NCBI GenBank assembly: GCA_021613535.1
Contig: CP075494.1
Span: 2,542,001-2,606,000 of the forward strand
Length of the DNA: 64,000 bases
DNA from: Adineta vaga
Lineage: Eukaryota > Animalia > Rotifera
Direction: 5' to 3'
Each line of letters begins with the position of its first letter. Position 1 is the stretch's first letter. Position numbers and translations under genes: made by a program. Positions 11,471 to 21,688 of the stretch are shown one piece after another. The notes beneath the pieces are model-generated. The model saw only the letters and a list, made by a program, of their open reading frames with translations. It did not search any database and was not told the origin of the DNA.

Positions 11471-13149
11471 GATCTAGAAAGTTCAGAAAAATGTAGAGGT
11501 ATTCCAGGCTTGTCATATTAAGTTTTTAAAAATCAGGAGATTTTCTTTAGATATTCAAGAGCATTTATATAATTCTTCCTAAACAAGCAACGCTCATCCA
11601 AAGATTCGCTCAAGCGTTTCTAGTGAAAACAATGTTCTACACTGTTAGCGAACTTTTCGTCAAGTATCAGATAAAAACAGTCTCTTTTGTACTTACTTTT
11701 GACTCAGTGTATGTGGATAAATATAGAAATGTGTCAACCTTCCATTATAGATGAATGATCGAAGAATTAATAATTTCACAAAATTTACTAACAAATTCGC
11801 AGGTCCTTCGCAATGAAACTATATTTATTTGACGATCGAATATTTCTGCGTATACTTGATTTAGTTAAAAGATGTTCATAAAATTGTGTACAAACGAAAT
11901 CAAATAATTCTGATTATATTCTCTAGTTTCCTTCCTAAAATTTCTATAAGCCAGGTGCGTCAGTGATTCTTCACTAAGCAAAGACAAAAATCAGGAGGTT
12001 CGGTAGCCCTGAAATATTCTATTGTTCAGTCTATTTTTCGACGCAACCAGCAGCCTCTCTTCTCAATTCATTCAAAGCGCAGCAAATACAAAATAAACTA
12101 TGTTTTACGCTACCCTTGTTTAGTGTTCCATCACGCTCACATGCTCGAGAAGTGAATCATTTTGCTTACAACAGAAAGAAAAAATCGGTTCTTATATATA
12201 AAGGAGAAAAAGTGCATCGTCATCATCGTTCTCCTTTTTTTTATATTCATTCGTCGTCATTCTGACGCAGCAAAAACATCCAGTGTTGCTGCATAGTCAG
12301 AAGAAAATTGAATCTCGGGAAACGTGTTAAGAATTTTTCATGCTATTTGTGTGAGGATCTCGGGATCAAACAACAACTAAGAAATCACACACCCTACACA
12401 CAGAAAACTAGAAGCATATGTAAGCGAGAGGCGGAAGTGTTAGTATATATGTGTTTTTCTTTTTCTTTCTTCCCCTACACTCCTCTCTAGTCGCTACATG
12501 CACATTTTCTTTCTTTCCTGTAAAATGTAGTCTTCTCTTGATCATCATGTCCTCATGATGATATTCTTTTGTTGTGTCGTTTTCCATTTTTCGTCTTTTT
12601 CCTCGTGTTATTATTTTGATTTTTGTTTTGTTTCTCTCTCTACGTCTCGTTATACATATAGAGATGTTTTTCTATTTTTCATCTTAGTTGCGTATATTCT
12701 GATTTTGTCCTTGTTTACCTCCAATAAACATGGTCGACATCATTATTTGTTTCACACACTTTATTATTGGGTCGGGGTGGGTTTATTAGATTATTATTAT
12801 TGTGAAATTTTTCGACATTATTTGATCTAGTCTTTCGTCTATATCGGAGGTTAAAGATTACATTTTCATCTCCATCACCATTCGTAATTGTTTAGATATA
12901 TAAACAATTTTTTCTTTTCTTTCTAAACGTTTAAGAAAATTATATACATACATAATCACGTACCATGTCGGACGTAGAATAAAAAGCAACCATTACTAAA
13001 TCAGGATCTGCTGAATCATTAGATACACAACAGATCGACGACACGAATTCCGGAAGAAAATATCCAAAATTTCACGTATAAACATGGTAGAAGAGCTATG
13101 CTACATTCACAAAGGAAACAAAATGACACACAGAATTTTGCGAACAAAT

Positions 13150-13745
13150 ATGCAGAAACACATAATGTTCATTCAGATCGAAACAAGAATATCGAAGGTA
13201 TTGAAAATACGATGAAATATCCTGATTATGATGATGTTGCACAATTACCGTATATGGATATGTTCATTTCGGAAGTGTTGAGAATGCATCCTATTGAAAA
13301 TTTAGCTGTTCAAAGACGTGCGACTGATGTTATAACTATACAAGTAATCTATATTCAAAAAGGTTACGTATGATATTTGATAGGTATCAAAAGTTTATTA
13401 AACCAATCGTTTATTTAATCTTTATAGATTCTGAAGTGCAACCTGATATCTATTCGATTCATTATGATATTGACCTTTTGGGGTTCAGATGATCTCTACA
13501 GTTTTATACTTGAACGTCATCAAACAAAACGTCATCCAATGTCATATTTAGCATTTGGAGCGGGTCCACGTAGTTGTATTTGTATGCGTTTTGCATTGAT
13601 GGAGATACAGATTTTATTAACGAGATTAGTTCGTGATTATACTATGGTGCCTGATGATCATCTTGAAAGTAAATTCAAGATTTTGGATCCAACGATAATT
13701 ACACCAAAAGAAATTTGGATCAAATTACTCAAAAGAAATACTTAA
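13150..13745 (+). pseudogene. Cytochrome P450 3' fragment, copy 1
   Basis: K-helix EVLRMHP and heme motif FGAGPRSCICMRFA; one intron at ~13364-13428; N-terminal two thirds absent. Confidence 0.85.
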
Positions 13746-13762
13746 CAAAATCTCATTACTAG

Positions 13763-13832
13763 ATTGAGGGTGAGTGACAGTAACAGATTAACATATGAGT
13801 CTCACCCATACCCACAACCGCACCCTCAAGAT
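13763..13832. repeat. Telomere-repeat palindrome E7
   Basis: ATTGAGGGTGAGTG...CTCACCCATACCCACAACCGCACCCTCAAGAT; 18 bp after the CYP stop. Confidence 0.8.
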
Positions 13833-14173
13833 GACTTTTGACCTTTGAACCGATCGGTATCGATCTGTGATGAGTTTTTCAATATTTGTTTGTAGCATCT
13901 GCGATTTTACTGAAACATGTATATGCGTCTGTGATGTCATTTTTAGCTATTTTCTGTCACGCTCTGTGGGGTGGGTGCAAATTTTTGTCTTTAAAACTTC
14001 AACACTCTTTTCGATCGTGTTTCACAAAATAAAGAACATCAATCTCGTTGTTGTTGTATTATAGAGCTTACGAAGAAATAAAAGAAAACAGAATTGAAAG
14101 AATAAAAGTTTTATCTTATCCTATAAAGATAAAGTTGAAGTAGAACTACTGTATTTTTTTTTTCTTTCTTCAG

Positions 14174-14701
14174 ATGATTGATTTCATTTTCATTGCTGGT
14201 GCACCTGGGTCTGGTAAAACATCTGTTTGTAATCTTATTAATGAAGAAAAATCATGGGTATCGATTGATTTTGGATGTCTCCGTGTTTTTCATCTCGATC
14301 GACAATGGTCAAACACGTCGGATGAAGAGGAACGAATGTCTTTTGAAAATTTAATATTTATTTTGAAGAATTATCATCGTTATGGATATAAAAATGTACT
14401 CGTTCATGATTTACGAGATGAACGTCTTGCACAACTACCAAATTATCTATCACACGATGAATACAATTATTTAATTATAACATTCATTGTTGAACAAGAT
14501 AATATATTGAAAGAACGTGTTTTAGAACCAACAAGAGGTAGTGGCTTTCGTAATTTTGAACGTGCAATCGAAGTGAATAGAAGTGTGAAACAAAGAGTAT
14601 TAGTTAAGAATGAAGTGAGATTGAATAATACAAAAATGACAGTAGAAGAAACAGTTGAAAGTGCTTTGAAAATTGTAGAGAAATTTCAGAAGAAGTTGTA
14701 A
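14174..14701 (+). CDS. Small P-loop nucleotide kinase-like protein (AAA_18/AAA_33-like), copy 1
   Basis: Walker A FIAGAPGSGKT, LKERVL lid motif and C-terminal NNTKMTVEETV. Intronless CDS with an acceptor AG just before the ATG. Confidence 0.8.
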   Translation: MIDFIFIAGAPGSGKTSVCNLINEEKSWVSIDFGCLRVFHLDRQWSNTSDEEERMSFENLIFILKNYHRYGYKNVLVHDLRDERLAQLPNYLSHDEYNYLIITFIVEQDNILKERVLEPTRGSGFRNFERAIEVNRSVKQRVLVKNEVRLNNTKMTVEETVESALKIVEKFQKKL

Positions 14702-14931
14702 TATTTTGTTCATGAAAATGTAGATAAGAGATGAATAAAATATCTTAATCATATACATCCTCAAAATGTAATAGTTATAACAATTCTAAATAAATTTCTT
14801 TTCGATATGGTCTACTCAAATTTGCATGTCAATTACTTGTAAATGATGAGATATGTTATGTTGAATGATAGAAAGTAAATGCCAATGAGTATATCCTAAC
14901 TCTTTAGTTACACCCTCAAATATCCATTTTC

Positions 14932-15213
14932 TTATGCATTTGACTCATCGTCCAAAATATCCATCAAGTCACGTCATCGACACTTGGCTGACAAACGTGG
15001 TAGTTGACAGCATTTAGAAATATTGATACCATTGATTCCTTCCAAGCTTTGTTCTTCACCACGACCATTCGCGCAAATGAGATTACCATAACAGGCATGA
15101 TCATTGTTACATCTTGCATCCGCACGATAATTCTGTCATGAACATGTATCACTTTGTACAACGGTAAGTGATGCGAAAGCAAGTATTAAGCACAAGAAAC
15201 TCACACGAGTCAT
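14932..15213 (-). pseudogene. Small secreted Cys-rich peptide with two in-frame TGA, copy 1
   Basis: MTRVSFLCLILAFASLTVVQSDTCS*QNYRADARCNNDHACYGNLICANGRG...KCCQLPRLSAKCR*RDLMDILDDESNA. Confidence 0.65.
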
Positions 15214-15451
15214 TTGAAATCTCCAAAGAAATCGAATATTTTTCATAATTTTCTTACCTTTTATATGAATCTCAATGAGTATACGAAACAATATTTCATT
15301 CTCATTTTTCATCGGATATTTATGGGCTTGTCCAAACGTAATGATGTGACACAGGTTTTTGTTGACCAATTTTGAGGCACTTAAAATGCTCAGAATGATC
15401 TCATATTTTAAGGTGCTAGTCCTTCAGCGTAGACCAGCATGCTACTAGAAA

Positions 15452-15512
15452 GGATGGGTGGGCGGGTGTGAGTATGGATACTACATATATCTAACACCCT
15501 CACCCTCAAGAT
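15452..15512. repeat. Telomere-repeat palindrome E9 (end of duplicated block)
   Basis: GGGTGGGCGGGTGTGAG-TATGGATACTACATATATCTA-ACACCCTCACCCTCAAGAT. Confidence 0.8.
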
Positions 15513-15756
15513 GATCACGATATGTTTCAATACCTACAAATTGGTTTTGTGCATCGATATCTATCAATTATTTGTCACAAATTTAGTTTATTAGAGAACA
15601 ACCTGTGTTCGAAACATTCTGTTATCATTCGAAAGGAAGTTTGTTTACTAGTGAAATATCGATAGATCGTCCATACCTTTGACGTCACTGATGGATCTAT
15701 ATTTCGACAAGAGTACAAGAATATGCGACTCTTCGAATAGAACATGTCGGTGACAA

Positions 15757-15797
15757 ATCTTGAGGGTGAGGTTATTCTCTTGATCATCACTCTTATG
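15757..15797. repeat. Degenerate palindrome E10
   Basis: ATCTTGAGGGTGAGG...TCACTCTTATG. Confidence 0.5.
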
Positions 15798-15940
15798 TAT
15801 AATTGATACAAAAGATTAAATATAAAAAAAGCAAATGTATCGATAGACTTATTTATATCTTCTTAGAAAAATATAAATAATAGACAGTAATCATTTTGAA
15901 ATCTCTTCTTTCGTATACATTTATTGTAATTTTCTTTAAA

Positions 15941-16023
15941 ACCTCAATCATCTTCATCTTGCTGCAAATCAGATAAGTAACAAAGGTGCTCAAAATTTAG
16001 CCAAAGCAATAAAACAATCAGCG
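15941..16023 (+). pseudogene. Isolated LRR exon remnant
   Basis: LNHLHLAANQISNKGAQNLAKAIKQSA followed by a GTAATT donor. Confidence 0.5.
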
Positions 16024-16773
16024 GTAATTATTTTGTTTATTTAAGTCTTTACAAATGATTAGAATTTTAGACAATCATTAGTATGTCGTATCAGTCTCAT
16101 CTGACACTCATATTCTAATCCACATCATTGTTAATCCAAAATTTTTACATTGGTAAGATCGATCTAAATAAATATCTTAAAATCATTCATTTGAATATTT
16201 ATGTAAAATTGGAGAATCAAATATGTAGCAATATATTGCAGTCAATATGGACATATATAGTAATAAATCTAAGTTTTATATACATGATGTTTAGGATGCA
16301 CGAGAGTACAATTCACGTATCTCTAAACAACTATCTTATTCAATTCCTTTGTTTGTTTTTAGACGCATTATCAAATACAAATAAAGAAAGGGTAAGAACG
16401 TGAATCGATTTACATGCATAGACGTGTTAATCATTTGGCATTTACTCTATCATAAAGGAAGTGAAAGGTCAATTTTTTTACAAAACAATCAACATGAATA
16501 AATCGCTTCAAACAAAGAAGGAAGTATTAATAAATCGTAAGATATATAAGGAGAATATTCTTCTCTATGTAGATACAGTGAGAAAGAATTAACCGGTAAG
16601 TAATTCAAACTATATTGGCAGTATACGCATTACGTGATGAACAATATCAGCTAGTTGATTATCATAGTTAAATTATGTAGATTAGTTTACGATAATAGAG
16701 TCAATAGTTGACTTAAGTTAAATAATACTGTAGATTCAGTAACGATGAAATTATATTTTAGATAATATTTCAT

Positions 16774-17274
16774 ATGTTGTGTGAAATGGATTCGATTTAT
16801 AAATTTACACTTCTGCTCTTTGTACTAACAACAAGTCAAGCGTTTTTTCAGTCGCAAAGATTTCCCCATACTCATAATCGACAAGGTTTGAACTCCTTAT
16901 ACAATCAAAGAATACAATCAATTCAAGAATATCATCGTCCACTGAATATCAAACCAGTATTTGGTGTTGATATTGCCAAACACTTGGATAAAGTGGGTAT
17001 TAATCATCGTGGTCAAGTAGCAACATTGGATGACGACAAACGTTTTCTCACTCATAAAGGTCCTAGTTTTGGTCACAATTCTCAAACTGTTGTTGTCGAC
17101 GCAAAATATATGTCAAATAATTGGAAACCATATGGTCCTCCCGTAACAGCTGGATCCCATTCGGTAAGATTAGGTGATTTAGTGAAAGCTGGCGGAAAAG
17201 ATTACAAAACTCTTTGCGACAACTGCATCCACGGTTCTAGTCGAATGAAGGAACGATTTCGAAACGGAAAATAA
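16774..17274 (+). CDS. Secreted protein, possible permuted papain-like (LRAT/PPPDE-type) fold
   Basis: Signal peptide FTLLLFVLTTSQA; H...LTHKG...DYKTLCDNCIH motif order; probable 5'UTR intron at ~16595-16760. Confidence 0.65.
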   Translation: MLCEMDSIYKFTLLLFVLTTSQAFFQSQRFPHTHNRQGLNSLYNQRIQSIQEYHRPLNIKPVFGVDIAKHLDKVGINHRGQVATLDDDKRFLTHKGPSFGHNSQTVVVDAKYMSNNWKPYGPPVTAGSHSVRLGDLVKAGGKDYKTLCDNCIHGSSRMKERFRNGK

Positions 17275-18249
17275 ACGAACTACTAATCTTCTTTTGCTTT
17301 TGTAAGCACGCTTCAAATATGATTTTCGATAGCAATTCACTTTAATAACAAGCAACTAACTTTGGAAAAGACTTGAAAATTACATTGAGATGATTACAAG
17401 AGGAAATACATGTGAGATATAGTCACAGTGATATCGCTAATTAAACGATGTAACATGAGAAGATCATCCAACATTAAAAAACAAAGAATTAAGAGAAAAA
17501 GATGATTGAACTATTTTTTTTATTCGAAAGTAAATTAATATGTGCTGTCGAGTGTTGTATCTGCCATCAGAATCACAACGGATTTTGATTTATTTTTGCG
17601 TACAACGGTCGAACGATATAGAAATCGATAGATCAATTCAGATAATTCAGTGACACTTAAAACATTCAATCCATCTAAACATATGTATGAACTAGTAACG
17701 CTCATCCCCTGGATTCGCTGACCCTTTTCTGAAAGAGTGATAAGAGTGCTCAGTGAAGCCCTCAAGCTGGACCTGGACTTGGCCGGATCCCGGTCCAAGC
17801 AAACTTTTTACATGAAAGCTTTTTGAAAGTGCTGTTTGTAAATATTCATGGATCTGACCGCTCGATACTTCTCAAAAATGCAGTACCCAAATTTATTTTC
17901 CTTCCTATAAGGCTCTTAAACAAACGTCTAGTTGCTAACACGCATGGCCTTGTTTCTATTTTCCTTTCAATCATATTAGTGTAATGTGAGAGATTCGCTC
18001 ATCATAGTAGATCAATTCATAACCGAGAAATTAGAAAATTTGCATGATCGCGTCGTTTCGAGTATAGGTTTCATTTCAAGGAAACAGAACTTTGTCGGAT
18101 TCGTTCTCGTAGATCATCAATTAAGTGACTTCGAAGAAACGTCCAAAGCATGTGAAAGTCATTCAAATCCATATTCTGAAGTATCACTCTCTAAATCCAC
18201 GTCTAGTCATTCGTCGACCTCCCTTCGGTCAACCCTTATGTGACAGTAT

Positions 18250-18482
18250 AATAATTTATAATTAGTTAATTAGCAATCAGTAATTAGTTAAAACTAACAT
18301 CAGATTCGTGTTCCTCGACCTCGATTACCCTATGGCGAAACCTTTATGGTAACTAAGATCAGTTTTTACGAGCTTATATAATGCTGAGTTCTGATTGGAT
18401 AGGGCAGAATGACCAAATTTTTGCATTTCAAACCAATGATTTTAACGTTGTATAACCCTTTCTTTCAGAAAAGGGAATAGTC
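18250..18482 (+). mobile_element. Helentron/DINE-1-like non-autonomous element end
   Basis: GATTCGTGTTCCTCGACCTCGA internal motif and terminal hairpin TATAACCCTTTCTTTCAGAAAAGGG, which recurs at 39671. Confidence 0.45.
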
Positions 18483-19217
18483 TTTAAGCATATTCAATCA
18501 GAATTACAATTAATACTTGATCGAGCATCTTCTCTTTATTCACTTAATGTTGGTTCATGATCACTAATGCATTCACATTCATCATTGAAGGAATTGACAC
18601 ACACACCCGTTGCATCGTCATTGTCGATCTCTACTGTCAATAATTGGGCCGGCTTACCAAAAAACTCAAGGAGAAACACGATCGAGTTTACCATTTGCAT
18701 GATAACGCGAGACCTCATTTTGCAAAGTCGATCCGCGAAAAATTATTCAAGCTGACAAATAAAAGTTTGAAAGAAAACGCAGAAACTTTGTTACCATCCT
18801 AATAATTTTCTCAGTTATCTAGAATTTCGCTACATCATGCCCCGTTTTTTTTTGTTGTATCTGCTTTCAATGTTTATAACGATCTTTTAATGAATTAACT
18901 AAATAATTCATATTTTTCTCTGCCATGTGTCATCAAGCAGGTAGGCATATGTATAGTATACGCTCCCCTCAACGACTTGTTTTTTTTTCTATTTTTGATT
19001 CACTTGGATGAGCAATGTAATAACGTTCTTTACATCCTTTTTTCTTACATCATCATTAGTAATATCTATCGCGTCACTACCACATATATAAATGTTCGGA
19101 TTAATTATTGGCTTACTCTTATCTTTTTTATTTGACTTCGCTTCCTTATAAGTCTAGTAAGTGAAATACAGATCATTATGTACGAATTCTCACTTTTGTT
19201 ATTTTCTGAACAATTAT

Positions 19218-19692
19218 ACAGAAACACATAATGTTCATTCAGACCGAAACAAGAATATGGAAAGTATTAAAAATACGATGAAATATCCTGATTATGATGT
19301 TGTTGCACAATTACCGCATATGGATATGTTCATTTCGGAAGTGTTGAGAATGCATCCTATTGACAATTCAGCTGTTCAAAGACGTGCGACTGATTTTATA
19401 ACTATGCAAGGAAACCATATTCAAAAAGGTAACGTATGATATTTGATAGGTATCAAAAGTTTGTTAAACCAATCGTTTGTTTAGTCTTTATAGGTTCTAT
19501 AGTGTAACCGGATATCTATTCGATTCATTATGATATTGATCTTTGGGGTTCAGATGATTCCTACAGTTTTATACTTGAACGTCATCAAACAAAACGTTAT
19601 CCAATGTCATATATAGCATTTGGAGCGGGTCCACGTAGTTGTATTGGTGTGTGTTTTGCATTGATGGAGATAAAGATTTTATTAACGAGATT
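19218..19692 (+). pseudogene. Cytochrome P450 3' fragment, copy 2 (further truncated)
   Basis: EVLRMHP and FGAGPRSCIGVCFA; in-frame TAA near 19505; deleted after LLTRL. Confidence 0.85.
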
Positions 19693-19879
19693 ATATTATA
19701 GAGCTTAGGAAGGAATGAAAGAAAACAGAATTGAAAGAATAAAAGTTTTATCTTATCTTATGAAAAAATAAATGTATGTCACATGCGACGATTAAAATAA
19801 AAACATTTTTGATTTTATTCGTTTTGCTTTGAAAGACAAAGTTGAAGTAGAACTACTGTATTTTTTTTTCTTTCTTCAG

Positions 19880-20407
19880 ATGATTGATTTCATTTTCATT
19901 GCTGGTGCACCTGGGTCTGGTAAAACATCTGTTTGTAATCTTATTAATGAAGAAAAATCATGGGTATCGATTGATTTTGGATGTCTCCGTGTTTTTCATC
20001 TCGATCGACAATGGTCAAACACGTCGGATGAAGAGGAACGAATGTCTTTTGAAAATTTAATATTTATTTTGAAGAATTATCATCGTTATGGATATAAAAA
20101 TGTACTCGTTCATGATTTACGAGATGAACGTCTTGCACAACTACCAAATTATCTATCACACGATGAATACAATTATTTAATTATAACATTCATTATTGAA
20201 CAAGATAATATATTGAAAGAACGTGTTTTAGAACCAACAAGAGGTAGTGGCTTTCGTAATTTTGAACGTGCAATCGAAGTGAATAGAAGTGTGAAACAAA
20301 GAGTATTAGTTAAGAATGAAGTGAGATTGAATAATACAAAAATGACAGTAGAAGAAACAGTTGAAAGTGCTTTGAAAATTGTAGAGAAATTTCAGAAGAA
20401 GTTGTAA
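19880..20407 (+). CDS. P-loop kinase-like protein, copy 2
   Basis: 528 bp, the same length as copy 1; the protein differs at one residue (TFIVEQ vs TFIIEQ). Confidence 0.8.
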   Translation: MIDFIFIAGAPGSGKTSVCNLINEEKSWVSIDFGCLRVFHLDRQWSNTSDEEERMSFENLIFILKNYHRYGYKNVLVHDLRDERLAQLPNYLSHDEYNYLIITFIIEQDNILKERVLEPTRGSGFRNFERAIEVNRSVKQRVLVKNEVRLNNTKMTVEETVESALKIVEKFQKKL

Positions 20408-20637
20408 TATTTTGTTCATGAAAATGTAGATAAGAGATGAATAAAATATCTTAATCATATACATCCTCAAAATGTAATAGTTATAACAATTCTAAATAAA
20501 TTTCTTTTCGATATGGTCTACTCAAATTTGCATGTCAATTACTTGTAAATGATGAGATATGTTATGTTGAATGATAGAAAGTAAATGCCAATGAGTATAT
20601 CCTAACTCTTTAGTTACACCCTCAAATATCCATTTTC

Positions 20638-20919
20638 TTATGTATTTGACTCATCGTCCAAAATATCCATCAAGTCACGTCATCGACACTTGGCTGACTA
20701 ACGTGGTAGTTGACAGCATTTAGAAATATTGATACCATTGATTCCTTCCAAGCTTTGTTCTTCACCACGACCATTCGCGCAAATGAGATTACCATAACAG
20801 CGATGATCATTGTTACATCTTGCACCCGCACGATAATTCTGTCATGAACATGTATCACTTTGTACAACGGTAAGTGATGCGAAAGCAAGTATTAAGCACA
20901 AGAAACTCACACGAGTCAT
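20638..20919 (-). pseudogene. Small secreted Cys-rich peptide pseudogene, copy 2
   Basis: Same 282 bp frame with the same two TGA codons. Confidence 0.65.
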
Positions 20920-21157
20920 TTGAAATCTCCAAAGAAATCGAATATTTTTCATAATTTTCTTACCTTTTATATGAATCTCAATGAGTATACGAAACAATAT
21001 TTCATTCTCATTTTTCATCGGATATTTATGGGCTTGTCCAAACGTAATGATGTGACACAGGTTTTTGTTGACCAATTTTGAGGCACTTAAAATGCTCAGA
21101 ATGATCTCATATTTTAAGGTGCTAGTCCTTCAGCGTAGACCAGCATGCCACTAGAAA

Positions 21158-21200
21158 GTGTGAGTGTGGATACTACATATATCTAACACCCCACACCTAC
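21158..21200. repeat. Palindrome E11 (shortened; end of duplication copy 2)
   Basis: GTGTGAGTGTGGATACTACATATATCTAACACCCCACACC. Confidence 0.7.
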
Positions 21201-21688
21201 GAAATATCACATATGAGATCCATCGTTCGGCTTCAAAGGGTCGCGACTAACAAATTTGTTAGCAGTAACACAAAAGTATTAGTAATTTATTAACTTTAAT
21301 GGTAAGCTGATATTTCTGTGAGAGAACTTCAATAAGTTGCCTCTCTTTTCTTTGTCAGCGTGTTCTTCTCATAAGATGTCGGAAGCACTCTAAGTGACGA
21401 AGTCAAAAGATAACTAAAGGTTGGTGTAGGTGATAATCTTTTATTGTAAAGAAATCGGCACTTTATAAATTGCATACGAACAAATGTGAAGCTGAACAAT
21501 GACTAGGCAGTATCACAAAGAGTAACTGAAGCAACTAGAAAGATGATGAAAGAAGAAAACAGAAAAACAAGATATACGTGAACGAGAAGAAGAAGATGAT
21601 ATATATCGTCTTCTAACATTTCTATTGAAAAATGTTCATAGTTGCAGTTTTTGATTGGCAGCATGTTTCGCATCAACGTAAAAACCAA

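Larger units (their letters stand above)
19218..21200 (+). repeat. Second copy of segmental duplication of ~13152-15510
   Basis: Near-identical CYP fragment, kinase gene and peptide pseudogene. Lacks ~13630-14055 of copy 1 and has ~70 extra bp at ~19760-19830. Confidence 0.95.

Noticed and set aside
12150-13150. Possible retroelement 5' region or membrane-protein ORFs
   Set aside because: Low-complexity T-rich sequence with no recognisable motif; cannot support a call.
5690-13745. Pigment (betalain/apocarotenoid) gene cluster of carotenoid oxygenase + DODA + CYP
   Set aside because: The CYP is only a 3' fragment, and the genes are separated by retroelement debris and junction elements; adjacency looks incidental.
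14932-15213. Selenocysteine or alternative-code reading of in-frame TGAs
   Set aside because: TGA is a normal stop in other genes here (e.g. 10090, 43008, 60904); no SECIS recognised; neighbours are decayed.
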